This document shows positions 10,145-18,535 of a DNA stretch of 60,633 bases, in pieces; position 1 is the first letter of the stretch; each line of letters opens with the position of its first letter. The position numbers were made by a program, and so were the translations under genes. This stretch comes from Escherichia phage Dru_SM1. The DNA lies in sequence record PP596835.1. The stretch is one strand, 5' to 3'. The notes beneath the pieces were generated by a model. The model was not told the DNA's origin and ran no database searches. It worked only from the letters and a program-made list of their open reading frames with translations.

Positions 10145-10542
10145 AAGCGCGCAGACAGTTAATTGATAAAAAGATCCTCCAATGGGAACTAAATAGTAAA
10201 GTCCCCGGCGGGGGATCTTCTTTATTATCGCAACTGCAAAAGGTTGAGGAACAGTCTGGTAAGACGCCACCTAAGCTTAAAGAATATCGGGAAAAGGAAA
10301 TACCGGTTTGCTTTGAATACCTGTCTACTTTATTTGATGATATCTACACTGGAGGGGATTTTAGTTATACAGAATTGCACAGCTATCAAGTGACAATGGG
10401 CTTACGTCTTCAACCGTACGAATGCGAAATACTGCGGCAGCTATGGCTTGAAAAGCGCGTGTCAGAAGCTGAACAAAATGCTAAACTCATGGAAAGTCAA
10501 ATGCAAAATCAAAATAAAGGTAGAAGAAAAAGGAGAAGATAA
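9737..10542 (+). CDS. tail assembly chaperone, -1 frameshift fusion product (GT-like)
   Basis: -1 frame from 10141 is open for 133 codons with no stop until TAA at 10540-10542, which overlaps the tape measure ATG; extension has no ATG or RBS of its own. Confidence 0.5.
10135..10141 (+). other. candidate -1 programmed frameshift slippery site T_TTT_TTC
   Basis: heptamer XXXYYYZ at the last two codons of the chaperone gene; the -1 frame opens exactly here after a TAA at 10132-10134. Confidence 0.5.
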
Positions 10543-13500
10543 TGGCCGAAACCGCTTCGCTAGTAATCAGAGTTGACGCGAGAGGGATTAGTACCGCGGA
10601 CTCCATGTTGCGGAACTTAGCGCGTACAGGTGACACAGCGGAGCGGTCTGCTCAACGTGTTACCTCCAGCTATAAAACATTGTCTAACACATCTAACGAA
10701 CTTGCAACTGTCACAAGTCGTTTAGATGCTGCAATTGTAGGAATGATTAGCGTTGACACCATTAATCGTGTTATTTCGCTGTCTGACTCCTGGACCATCC
10801 TTACCAACAAACTTGAACTAGCTCGTATGGGTAATGAAACCGTTGCGGATTCCCAGCAACGTGTGTTTGATATTGCCCAGCGGTCGCGTACAAGCTTGGA
10901 AGCAACTGCAACTCTATATTCCCGTCTCCAGCGTGCAATGAAGAATACTGGTATGACGGGTATGGAGCTTGGACGTATCACTGAAACGATCAACAAAGCG
11001 ATGATTGTTTCCGGTGCAACGTCACATGAAGCAAGCGCTGCCCTTATTCAGTTTTCGCAAGCGATGGTATCCGGTGTTTTGCGCGGGGATGAATTCCGAT
11101 CTGTTGCGGAACAAGCTCCACGCTTAACTCAAATCATGTCCGATTCGTTAGGCGTTACCATTGGACAATTGCGTGAGCTGGCCTACAGCGGCAAGTTAAC
11201 CTCAGATGTGGTTATCAAATCGTTGTCTGGTGCTGCGGATACAATTGATAAAGAATTTAGCCGCACTATGCCAACGTTCAACCAGCAATGGACAGTTGCA
11301 ACAAACAACCTGACTAAGTTTATGGGCGAATCCCAAAAGACTCAAGGTGCGGTCGCTGCATTGGGGCAGACGTTTGTTGCGTTATCCAAAAACTTAGGAA
11401 CGGTTGTAACGGTTGGTTCAGCTTTAGCCACAGTAATTACCGCCCGTATCATTACGGCAATGCTTGCTAAGACTAAAGCGTCTATAGCTGCTGCAAAAGC
11501 ATCTCAGATGGAAGCTGCACAAACGGCGGCAACTACTGCGGTGATGCAAAGCTCTATTGGCGTTACTGCACAGAAAGCGGCTGCGGATCGTGCTGCTTCG
11601 CTTGCAGCGTTACAGGTTGCTCGCGGGTCATTAGCGGTTGCTAAAGGTACGGCAGCGGAAGCAGGCGCACGTCTTGCTCTTATTAACGCTACCCGTGCGC
11701 ATTCTGCGGCAATTATGGCGGACGTACAAGCGCGGCAAGCGCTCAATGCTGCGCTCAATGCAACTGTACCAGCCGCAAGCCGGGCAGCTACAGCAATGAG
11801 CGTGCTGCGCGGTGCTATGGGGTTAATTGGCGGTCCTGTTGGTGTAGCAATGCTGGCAGCGGGTGCAATTTACTCTTATAAGGCATCGCTGGAAGCTGGT
11901 CGTGCGGAAAACAATCAGTTTGCGGATAGTGTTGGTTCTGTACGCGAGAAACTGATGCAGATGACAGAAGCTCAGTTGGCAGCTAACGCAGTTAAAGCTC
12001 GCGCAATTCTCCCCGAACTTGAAGAGCAAATGAAACGGGAACAAACTGCTCTTAAATCTGCAACGGAAACGCAGAAGTTCTATGAAGCACAATTAAAACG
12101 TCGTGCTGCGTCCGGTCGTGATACAGCTAGTGCCGAGAAGAACTTACAAATTGCAACGGATAACGTCAAGCTTGCTGCCGAGCGTGCTGAAGAAGCTCAA
12201 CGCCGTTACAACAATGTCTTAGAAATGACAAGCCCCGCTATCGAGAAGATAATCCCTCTAGCGCGTCAGCTTGCTGCTGATATGAAGGCCGTTCTTAACA
12301 TCAAATCCGGTCCGCTTATTGACGAAAAAGTATTGGATCGCTTTAAAGGTCAACTCGGGGACGTTAACCGTGAGATCGACGTTAACACGGTTAAAGGTGC
12401 TGGTAACGCTCGCCAGGCTGCAATCCTTAGCGGGCTGTATCAAACTCTAGGCAAGGATGCAGACACATATGGAAGTCTAATCCGCAAAGTAGCTATGGGG
12501 CAGGATGTTAGCTCTGAAGCAACAAGCGAGTCCGCAAAAGAACTTGTTAAATATGCTCAAGAGCTAGCGGAAGCTTACGGCAAGAATTATGATCTCGAGG
12601 AAGCGGAGAGGAACCGAACTAAAGCGACAAAAGACGGTATTAAAGCAGAACAACAGAACGCCAAAGTTATTGACGATTTACGCAACAAGCTTAACGAAGT
12701 AACCACAGGGGTTAAGGAAAACGCTAAAGCTAAAGCGCAAGCTGTGGCACTCAATAAGTTAAATGCGTCCGCAACGGCTGCGGAAAAAGCAGAAGTTGTT
12801 AGTCTTGCTGCTGCAATTTACGATGCAGAAGAAGCTCAAAAGAAACTGGACGAGCGTAAGAAGAATCGTAAGTTTGCTCAGGGTCTGTTAGATGAAGGTA
12901 TGACAGACTATGAAAAAATCGCGTACGAGCAAAATACAAAGATTGCAGAGCTTAACGCAAAACAGCGAGCCGATGATTTAGCTTACTATCAGCTTTACGA
13001 AGATGCTAAAACCCAAGTGCTGAAAAAAGCAAGCATGGAAAGGGAAAACCTGGATAAAGTTCTTATGAACCGAATGATATCCTTTTCTCAGGAATCGTTG
13101 GGTATTATACTGTCAGGGCTGGAAGAAGGTGTTAGTAAGCAGAACTTTATTTATAAGGCAATGTTTGCCGCACAGAAAGCAATGCAAATCCCATCAATCC
13201 TTGCTAACACGGAAACCGCGGCATCTGCGGCGCTTGCGTGGGGTACACAGCAAGGCGGTGCTACAATGGGCGCAGCTATGGCTGGGATTGTTAAAGCTAT
13301 GGGTTATGCGTCAGCTGCTACTGTGGGTGGCTTAGCAATCGCTGGCATGGCACACGATGGTATTGATAATGTTCCACGCGAAGGTACATGGTTATTGGAT
13401 AAAGGTGAACGCGTACTTAATGCTCCGTCTAATGACAAGTTAAACCGCTTCCTGGATAGCCAAGCTTCACAACAAGGTGGCGTGAATATGTCTGGTGGTG

Positions 13501-13658
13501 TTAGCATTGTCCAGTATATCACGGTGCAAGGGAATGGCGATGCTGCACTCACGCAAGCCATGCAGCAAGCGGCTCGTGATGGTGCGGAGCAGGGATATAA
13601 TAAAGTTCTTACAGACTTTGCATCCCGAGGAACAATTCGTAGAACTGCAATGGGGTAA
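10542..13658 (+). CDS. tail tape measure protein
   Basis: 1038-aa Ala/Gln-rich helical protein with Gly-rich C-terminal region; position after chaperone genes. Confidence 0.85.
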   Translation: MAETASLVIRVDARGISTADSMLRNLARTGDTAERSAQRVTSSYKTLSNTSNELATVTSRLDAAIVGMISVDTINRVISLSDSWTILTNKLELARMGNETVADSQQRVFDIAQRSRTSLEATATLYSRLQRAMKNTGMTGMELGRITETINKAMIVSGATSHEASAALIQFSQAMVSGVLRGDEFRSVAEQAPRLTQIMSDSLGVTIGQLRELAYSGKLTSDVVIKSLSGAADTIDKEFSRTMPTFNQQWTVATNNLTKFMGESQKTQGAVAALGQTFVALSKNLGTVVTVGSALATVITARIITAMLAKTKASIAAAKASQMEAAQTAATTAVMQSSIGVTAQKAAADRAASLAALQVARGSLAVAKGTAAEAGARLALINATRAHSAAIMADVQARQALNAALNATVPAASRAATAMSVLRGAMGLIGGPVGVAMLAAGAIYSYKASLEAGRAENNQFADSVGSVREKLMQMTEAQLAANAVKARAILPELEEQMKREQTALKSATETQKFYEAQLKRRAASGRDTASAEKNLQIATDNVKLAAERAEEAQRRYNNVLEMTSPAIEKIIPLARQLAADMKAVLNIKSGPLIDEKVLDRFKGQLGDVNREIDVNTVKGAGNARQAAILSGLYQTLGKDADTYGSLIRKVAMGQDVSSEATSESAKELVKYAQELAEAYGKNYDLEEAERNRTKATKDGIKAEQQNAKVIDDLRNKLNEVTTGVKENAKAKAQAVALNKLNASATAAEKAEVVSLAAAIYDAEEAQKKLDERKKNRKFAQGLLDEGMTDYEKIAYEQNTKIAELNAKQRADDLAYYQLYEDAKTQVLKKASMERENLDKVLMNRMISFSQESLGIILSGLEEGVSKQNFIYKAMFAAQKAMQIPSILANTETAASAALAWGTQQGGATMGAAMAGIVKAMGYASAATVGGLAIAGMAHDGIDNVPREGTWLLDKGERVLNAPSNDKLNRFLDSQASQQGGVNMSGGVSIVQYITVQGNGDAALTQAMQQAARDGAEQGYNKVLTDFASRGTIRRTAMG

Positions 13659-13661
13659 TAT

Positions 13662-14246
13662 ATGCTCACTTGGCCCGAAGAGCTTAGACCATCGGAAATG
13701 GAATGGTATCTAGTTTCAAACGCTGTAGAATTTACAAGCCCCTTCAATGGGGCTTCCCAAACTGTGTCATATCCCGGATCTCGTTGGGAAGCGACACTGA
13801 CATTTAGCAACTTAAATGACTGGCAATCCAGAAAGCTTGAATCAACGTTAGCTAAACTTGATGGCAAAGCTGGTCGCATTATGCTTCAGGATTTTGGTCG
13901 CTGGGGTAGGCCTCCAATGGGATTACCTGTGGTTAATGGTGCAAATAACACTGGGACAACTTTATCAACTAAGGGTTGGACTCCTGACCGTAAGGTATTA
14001 TGGGAAGGGGACTATATCGCAGTAAACAATGAATTAAAATTGATAACAGAAGATGCTTGGAGTGATTCTTCTGGTAACGTAATTTTAAACATTGCCCCAA
14101 TGTTAAGAAGCATCCCTCCAAACGGTGTAAAGATTGAAACTCAGAAACCCCAAGGATCTTTCCGTTTAGCCGAAAACACAAATGGAGTTAAACGTCAACC
14201 TGCATTTAATAACTCCTTTACTTTAAAATTCTCGGAGGCGTTCTAA
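13662..14246 (+). CDS. minor tail protein (M-like)
   Basis: 194-aa ORF immediately after tape measure gene; order as in lambda-type tails. Confidence 0.45.
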   Translation: MLTWPEELRPSEMEWYLVSNAVEFTSPFNGASQTVSYPGSRWEATLTFSNLNDWQSRKLESTLAKLDGKAGRIMLQDFGRWGRPPMGLPVVNGANNTGTTLSTKGWTPDRKVLWEGDYIAVNNELKLITEDAWSDSSGNVILNIAPMLRSIPPNGVKIETQKPQGSFRLAENTNGVKRQPAFNNSFTLKFSEAF

Positions 14247-14830
14247 TGTTATTCAGTCCGTTTAGCGATAGCCTTCTTAGCGCAATGGAGCAACCAAACG
14301 TCGCGCTAGTGTTGGCAGCGGAAATAGACTTCCCTTCCGGTATCACCCGCGTGCATACCGGAACAGGAACTGTTATTATCAATGGTCAGACTTTTCTTGG
14401 TGTAGGTACTCTAGGGGATGTTGGATCGGTTACAGAAGAAAACAGCACAAGCTCAAGCACTATGTCCATGGCACTTAGCGGTCTGGATATGAGTCTTGTA
14501 GGGGAGACGTTAAACGAAGAAGTTATTGGCCGCAATGTTATTTGCTATCTTGCGGTTATGAACGATCAAGGCGTTGTCACTGGTGCAAACGTATTATTTG
14601 AAGGGTTTATTACAGATACAGCTTTACAAGCAGGACAACAAAATGCTTTGAGCTATGTTATTGCCAATGTCTTTGAGCGTTGGTCACAAGGTTTACCGGA
14701 TCGCTATACGGATGAAAGTCAACAACGTTTACATCCAGGCGATCGGTTCTTTAGATATGTCGCACAAATGGCTGAACGTTCGATCTTTTGGGGGAGTAAA
14801 AAAGATGCGCCAGGATTCACGTATGAGTAA
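14246..14830 (+). CDS. minor tail protein (L-like)
   Basis: 194-aa ORF in the tail tip block. Confidence 0.45.
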   Translation: MLFSPFSDSLLSAMEQPNVALVLAAEIDFPSGITRVHTGTGTVIINGQTFLGVGTLGDVGSVTEENSTSSSTMSMALSGLDMSLVGETLNEEVIGRNVICYLAVMNDQGVVTGANVLFEGFITDTALQAGQQNALSYVIANVFERWSQGLPDRYTDESQQRLHPGDRFFRYVAQMAERSIFWGSKKDAPGFTYE

Positions 14831-15239
14831 AATGCCAGGATGGCAGACACGTTTATTAACCACAGTAAAGGAGTTGTCATCGACTCCTTTTTCTTGGGGC
14901 GAAAACGATTGCTGTACGTTTGCCGCTAAATGTGTTGATGCACAATACAACACAAATATTTATAATCAGATAGCAGGTAAATATAGCACAGAGCTTGGAA
15001 GCAAGCGATTTTCAATTGAAAAAGTCGGAACAGCTTATCTTCCAACCTTGCTGGATGCTTACCTGAGTGAGCGTGTTGATAAGAACTTTGCACAAAGAGG
15101 AGATGTGGTTACATTTGAGGGAGCATTGGGCTTAACTGCTGGCATATTATGGACGGGATATGTATGGGCTATGGGTCCGAACGGTGTGGAAACATTCCCG
15201 CTTAATAAGATCAAAATTACGGATATTTGGAGGGTCTAA
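14805..15239 (+). CDS. tail assembly protein with NlpC/P60-like motif (K-like)
   Basis: start moved to ATG 14805 (GGGGAG RBS); contains WGENDCCTFAAKCV, resembling the catalytic Cys region of NlpC/P60 domains in K-type tail proteins. Confidence 0.5.
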   Translation: MRQDSRMSKMPGWQTRLLTTVKELSSTPFSWGENDCCTFAAKCVDAQYNTNIYNQIAGKYSTELGSKRFSIEKVGTAYLPTLLDAYLSERVDKNFAQRGDVVTFEGALGLTAGILWTGYVWAMGPNGVETFPLNKIKITDIWRV

Positions 15240-18190
15240 TGCCACCAGCAATAATTGGAGCAGCAATAGCTTTAGGTGCTTCCGCTGCCGCTGCGGCGGG
15301 GTGGATTGCTACGGGCGTAGCTTTAGCTATTGGTATGGCTGCAACTGCGGCGGGTGCTCTTTTAACTAAGACACCTAATATGAACTTTAATGCTTATAAA
15401 GGTCAACAAGAGCGTAAACAGGTTTTACGAGCAGCCGCAGCGTCTCGAACAGTAGTGTATGGCACAACGGTCGCTTCCGGAGTTATGACGTTTGCCGAGG
15501 AGCAGCCCGGAGATCAGGACAAAGACGAACTCCTGCATATGGCGCTTGTTGTAGCTTCACATCCATTGGAGGGGATTGGTGATATTTGGCTTGGGGATGA
15601 TCTTGTACAGACTTTCGAACAGTATGTTACTTGGGAATTTCATAACGACCGTCAGACTGTAGATCCATTCATGTTAAGCAATTGCCCTTCCTGGAAAGAG
15701 GATATGATTGGGAAAGGGATTGCATGGCTTCGCATTAGCTTTAAATTTAATGCGGAAAAATTCCCGTCTGGCTTGCCAAACATTAAGCTTCTTAAAAGAG
15801 GTCGCCGTGTATATGATCCTCGTTCTGGTTATACCATATTTAGCGATAATGCAGCGTTAGTGATACTTGATTACTTCCGCACGTATTTAAAGCGCAAAGA
15901 TGAAGATATTAACTGGGACCAATTCAAAGAAGCGGCTAACATCTGTGATGAATACGTCAATAACGCCGATGGTTCTACAGAGCGCCGTTATAAAATCAAC
16001 GGTGAATTTGAAGTAGATGAAGCCCCATCCAAAATTCTGGATGCTATGTTGCAAGCTTGTGGCGGCGAGCTAACGTATGTAGCGGGTAAACACGGTCTTC
16101 TGGTTGGCGCATATTACGGTCCAGCAACAATGACGCTGGACGAAAGTTGTATTGCTGGGGATATTAAAATTGTTCCAGAGACTTCTTATAAGGAGCGCAC
16201 CAACACCATCACAGGGACATTTATTGATCCAAAGCAAAACTATGTTGAAGCGGACTTCCCCCCAGTTGTGGTTAAGGAATGGGTGGAAAAAGATGGCGGT
16301 GAAATAACTCAGGACATGGATTTCCGATTTGTAACAAGTGAATATCAAGCCCAACGTTTATCTAATATTATTCTACGTCGTAAACGTGTTGGACGCACAA
16401 TTGAGATTCCTTGTAACATGAAGGGTTATAAATTTCGTCCAGGAATGTATGTAAAAGTTACCATTACGCAGATTGGCATGAAGAATGTTGAAATGCGTGT
16501 TACTAAATGGTCCTTTAACCCTAAAGGTGGTGTTAACCTTACCTTACGTCAAGATTTCCTGGAAATGTGGGACGATGCAATTGGTAAGCCTATGGACAGA
16601 CCAGATCTTGTAGACTTGCCAAGTGGTGGTGTTGCCCAACCTCAAAATCTTCAATACCAGATATTGCAGATTAGTGATGTGGTACAGGGGGTATTATCCT
16701 GGACCAACATGGGGCAAGTTGCATATAACCGCGTAGCTGTGCGACAGGGAGGTGTCACTATTTGGACAGCACAAGTCCCCGGCCAAAGCGTTCGTGTCAC
16801 TGGGTTGCTGCGTGGGTCGTATACTGCGCACGTTCAAGCTGTATCGCACAGTGGCGCAATATCACCGGAAGCTTATCTGGAGTTTAATATTCAAGCCCCA
16901 CCGCCGCCTTCATCTGTCGAAATACAGAACGGTTATTTTTCTTTAACTCTTATACCAAAGATTGCAGAGCTCACTAGTGTTAGCACACAATTTGATTTCT
17001 GGACGTCTGGTGAAACAAAACTGCCGTCTGTTAATACAGATGTTGTTGAGCGCGATGCGACCCGTGAAGGTATGGGAACTATATGGCAGAAAAATAACTT
17101 ACTCAATGACCACACTTATTACTGGTATGTAAGAACTATCAATGCCTTTGGGTCGTCCGCGTTTGTGGAAGTTGAAGCTCGTGTATGGGCAGAAACTGCA
17201 CAGATCATAGAAATTATGGATAAAGAGTTTCAAGAAACTGAAACTTTCAAAAACCTCATGGAGACTGTGCAAAAGGTTGATGACGGTGTAACGGAATTGT
17301 CCAAAGTAGTTGAAGGACAAGCTACAAAAATTGAATCGGTTCAGAGTAGTGTGGGTGATGTTGTTGTTACCGTGCAAGAGCAATCACAAGCACTAGCAGA
17401 TCTTAATGGCAAACTTTCCGCTCAATGGGGCCAAAAGGTTCAAATAGACAATAATGGCAACAAATACGTTGCAGGTATGCAGTTAGGTATTGAAGGTAGC
17501 GGAGGACAATTCCAGTCTTACTTTATGGTGAGCGCTGATAACTTTGCTATTTATAATCCTGTAGCGGGGGCTGCAAGCTTAGCGTTTGTTATTAAGAACG
17601 GTCAAACCTTTATTCGTGAAGGCTTTATTGAAGACGGTTCTATCAATAACGCAAAAATTGGTAATATTATTCAATCCTATAACTGGAACGGTAACGATCA
17701 AGGTTGGGCAATTACTAAAGACGGTTATTTCCACGTTAACAACATAATTGCAAGAGGGACTATTTACGCAACCAACGGTGAGTTTAGAGGGACCGTGTAT
17801 GCAACTAATGGTAAATTCACTGGAACTGTTGAAGCTCAAAGCTTTATTGGCGATATTGCAAACATGCACACTGGAACGAACGTTAGTCGAACGGCCAACG
17901 GTGTACTGGAAAAGGTAATAACATACACAGATTCATCCTCCTCAGGTCATGCAAGACACGTCTGTGTCATAGCAAACGTGAGAGGGAATGGTGCAGGTAC
18001 GATAAACATTAACGGATCCGAGGGTTCTTCCAGCGTACAGGATAGAGAACGACTTATTATGCATTCTGCTGTTGTAACTGGTCCAAACGTTACGGTAAGA
18101 ATTACAGTTTCCGCTCAGAACAATAGAGGGGCGTCTATAGCCTCGCCTACTATTATTGTTTCGCACGGATCCGGTTCATTCACTGGTTAA
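15227..18190 (+). CDS. tail tip / host specificity protein (J-like)
   Basis: 987-aa ORF; hydrophobic Ala-rich N-terminus; largest tail-tip gene in lambda-type position; followed by a terminator. Confidence 0.7.
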   Translation: MEGLMPPAIIGAAIALGASAAAAAGWIATGVALAIGMAATAAGALLTKTPNMNFNAYKGQQERKQVLRAAAASRTVVYGTTVASGVMTFAEEQPGDQDKDELLHMALVVASHPLEGIGDIWLGDDLVQTFEQYVTWEFHNDRQTVDPFMLSNCPSWKEDMIGKGIAWLRISFKFNAEKFPSGLPNIKLLKRGRRVYDPRSGYTIFSDNAALVILDYFRTYLKRKDEDINWDQFKEAANICDEYVNNADGSTERRYKINGEFEVDEAPSKILDAMLQACGGELTYVAGKHGLLVGAYYGPATMTLDESCIAGDIKIVPETSYKERTNTITGTFIDPKQNYVEADFPPVVVKEWVEKDGGEITQDMDFRFVTSEYQAQRLSNIILRRKRVGRTIEIPCNMKGYKFRPGMYVKVTITQIGMKNVEMRVTKWSFNPKGGVNLTLRQDFLEMWDDAIGKPMDRPDLVDLPSGGVAQPQNLQYQILQISDVVQGVLSWTNMGQVAYNRVAVRQGGVTIWTAQVPGQSVRVTGLLRGSYTAHVQAVSHSGAISPEAYLEFNIQAPPPPSSVEIQNGYFSLTLIPKIAELTSVSTQFDFWTSGETKLPSVNTDVVERDATREGMGTIWQKNNLLNDHTYYWYVRTINAFGSSAFVEVEARVWAETAQIIEIMDKEFQETETFKNLMETVQKVDDGVTELSKVVEGQATKIESVQSSVGDVVVTVQEQSQALADLNGKLSAQWGQKVQIDNNGNKYVAGMQLGIEGSGGQFQSYFMVSADNFAIYNPVAGAASLAFVIKNGQTFIREGFIEDGSINNAKIGNIIQSYNWNGNDQGWAITKDGYFHVNNIIARGTIYATNGEFRGTVYATNGKFTGTVEAQSFIGDIANMHTGTNVSRTANGVLEKVITYTDSSSSGHARHVCVIANVRGNGAGTININGSEGSSSVQDRERLIMHSAVVTGPNVTVRITVSAQNNRGASIASPTIIVSHGSGSFTG

Positions 18191-18196
18191 ACAAAA

Positions 18197-18220
18197 CCCC
18201 GCTAATGCGGGGTAATTTTT
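18197..18220. terminator. bidirectional rho-independent terminator
   Basis: hairpin CCCCGC-TAAT-GCGGGG flanked by A-run upstream and TAATTTTT downstream; sits between convergent J-like gene and lipoprotein gene. Confidence 0.6.
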
Positions 18221-18452
18221 AGTAATCTATAACACAGTTGGAAGGACTACCAATTCGTCGGTAGTCGTGATCAATCTCATGACACCATTGCCCAGTCATT
18301 GGAAGTTTTTCGGTATCATAGATTAAAGAACCGTTACCGTCACGGTCTAAAGGTTTTGGAATAACACCGGAATTAGGCTTTCCTGTGTCCAGACCAGTAC
18401 CGCAAGCAGCTAACAGAAATGTTAATGCTAAAATTACAATAGAACTTTTCAT
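18219..18452 (-). CDS. small lipoprotein (candidate receptor-blocking superinfection-exclusion protein)
   Basis: 77 aa from ATG at 18452 with AAAGGAG RBS; signal peptide plus lipobox (LTFLLAAC-G); lone opposite-strand gene between tail fiber genes. Confidence 0.6.
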   Translation of the reverse strand: MKSSIVILALTFLLAACGTGLDTGKPNSGVIPKPLDRDGNGSLIYDTEKLPMTGQWCHEIDHDYRRIGSPSNCVIDY

Positions 18453-18489
18453 CGGGACTCCTTTTAGGTTGTTGTCAAGGTTCAAGTTT

Positions 18490-18517
18490 AATATACTTGT
18501 TAGGTTGAGTAAGTCAA
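18490..18517 (-). promoter_or_regulatory. candidate sigma70-type promoter for the lipoprotein gene (TTGACT-N16-TATATT)
   Basis: -35 TTGACT (rc of 18512-18517) and -10 TATATT (rc of 18490-18495), 16-nt spacer, ~40 nt upstream of the start. Confidence 0.4.
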
Positions 18518-18535
18518 TTAAATGTGGGAGAAATT

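Noticed and set aside
10145-10541. Independent gene in the 400-bp gap between chaperone and tape measure genes
   Set aside because: The only long open frame lacks an ATG and RBS at its 5' end and opens exactly at a slippery heptamer, so it is interpreted as a -1 frameshift extension.
15160-15369. 69-aa ORF overlapping the K-like/J-like gene junction
   Set aside because: Lies entirely inside better-supported overlapping genes in another frame; Cys/Gly/Arg-rich, no RBS.
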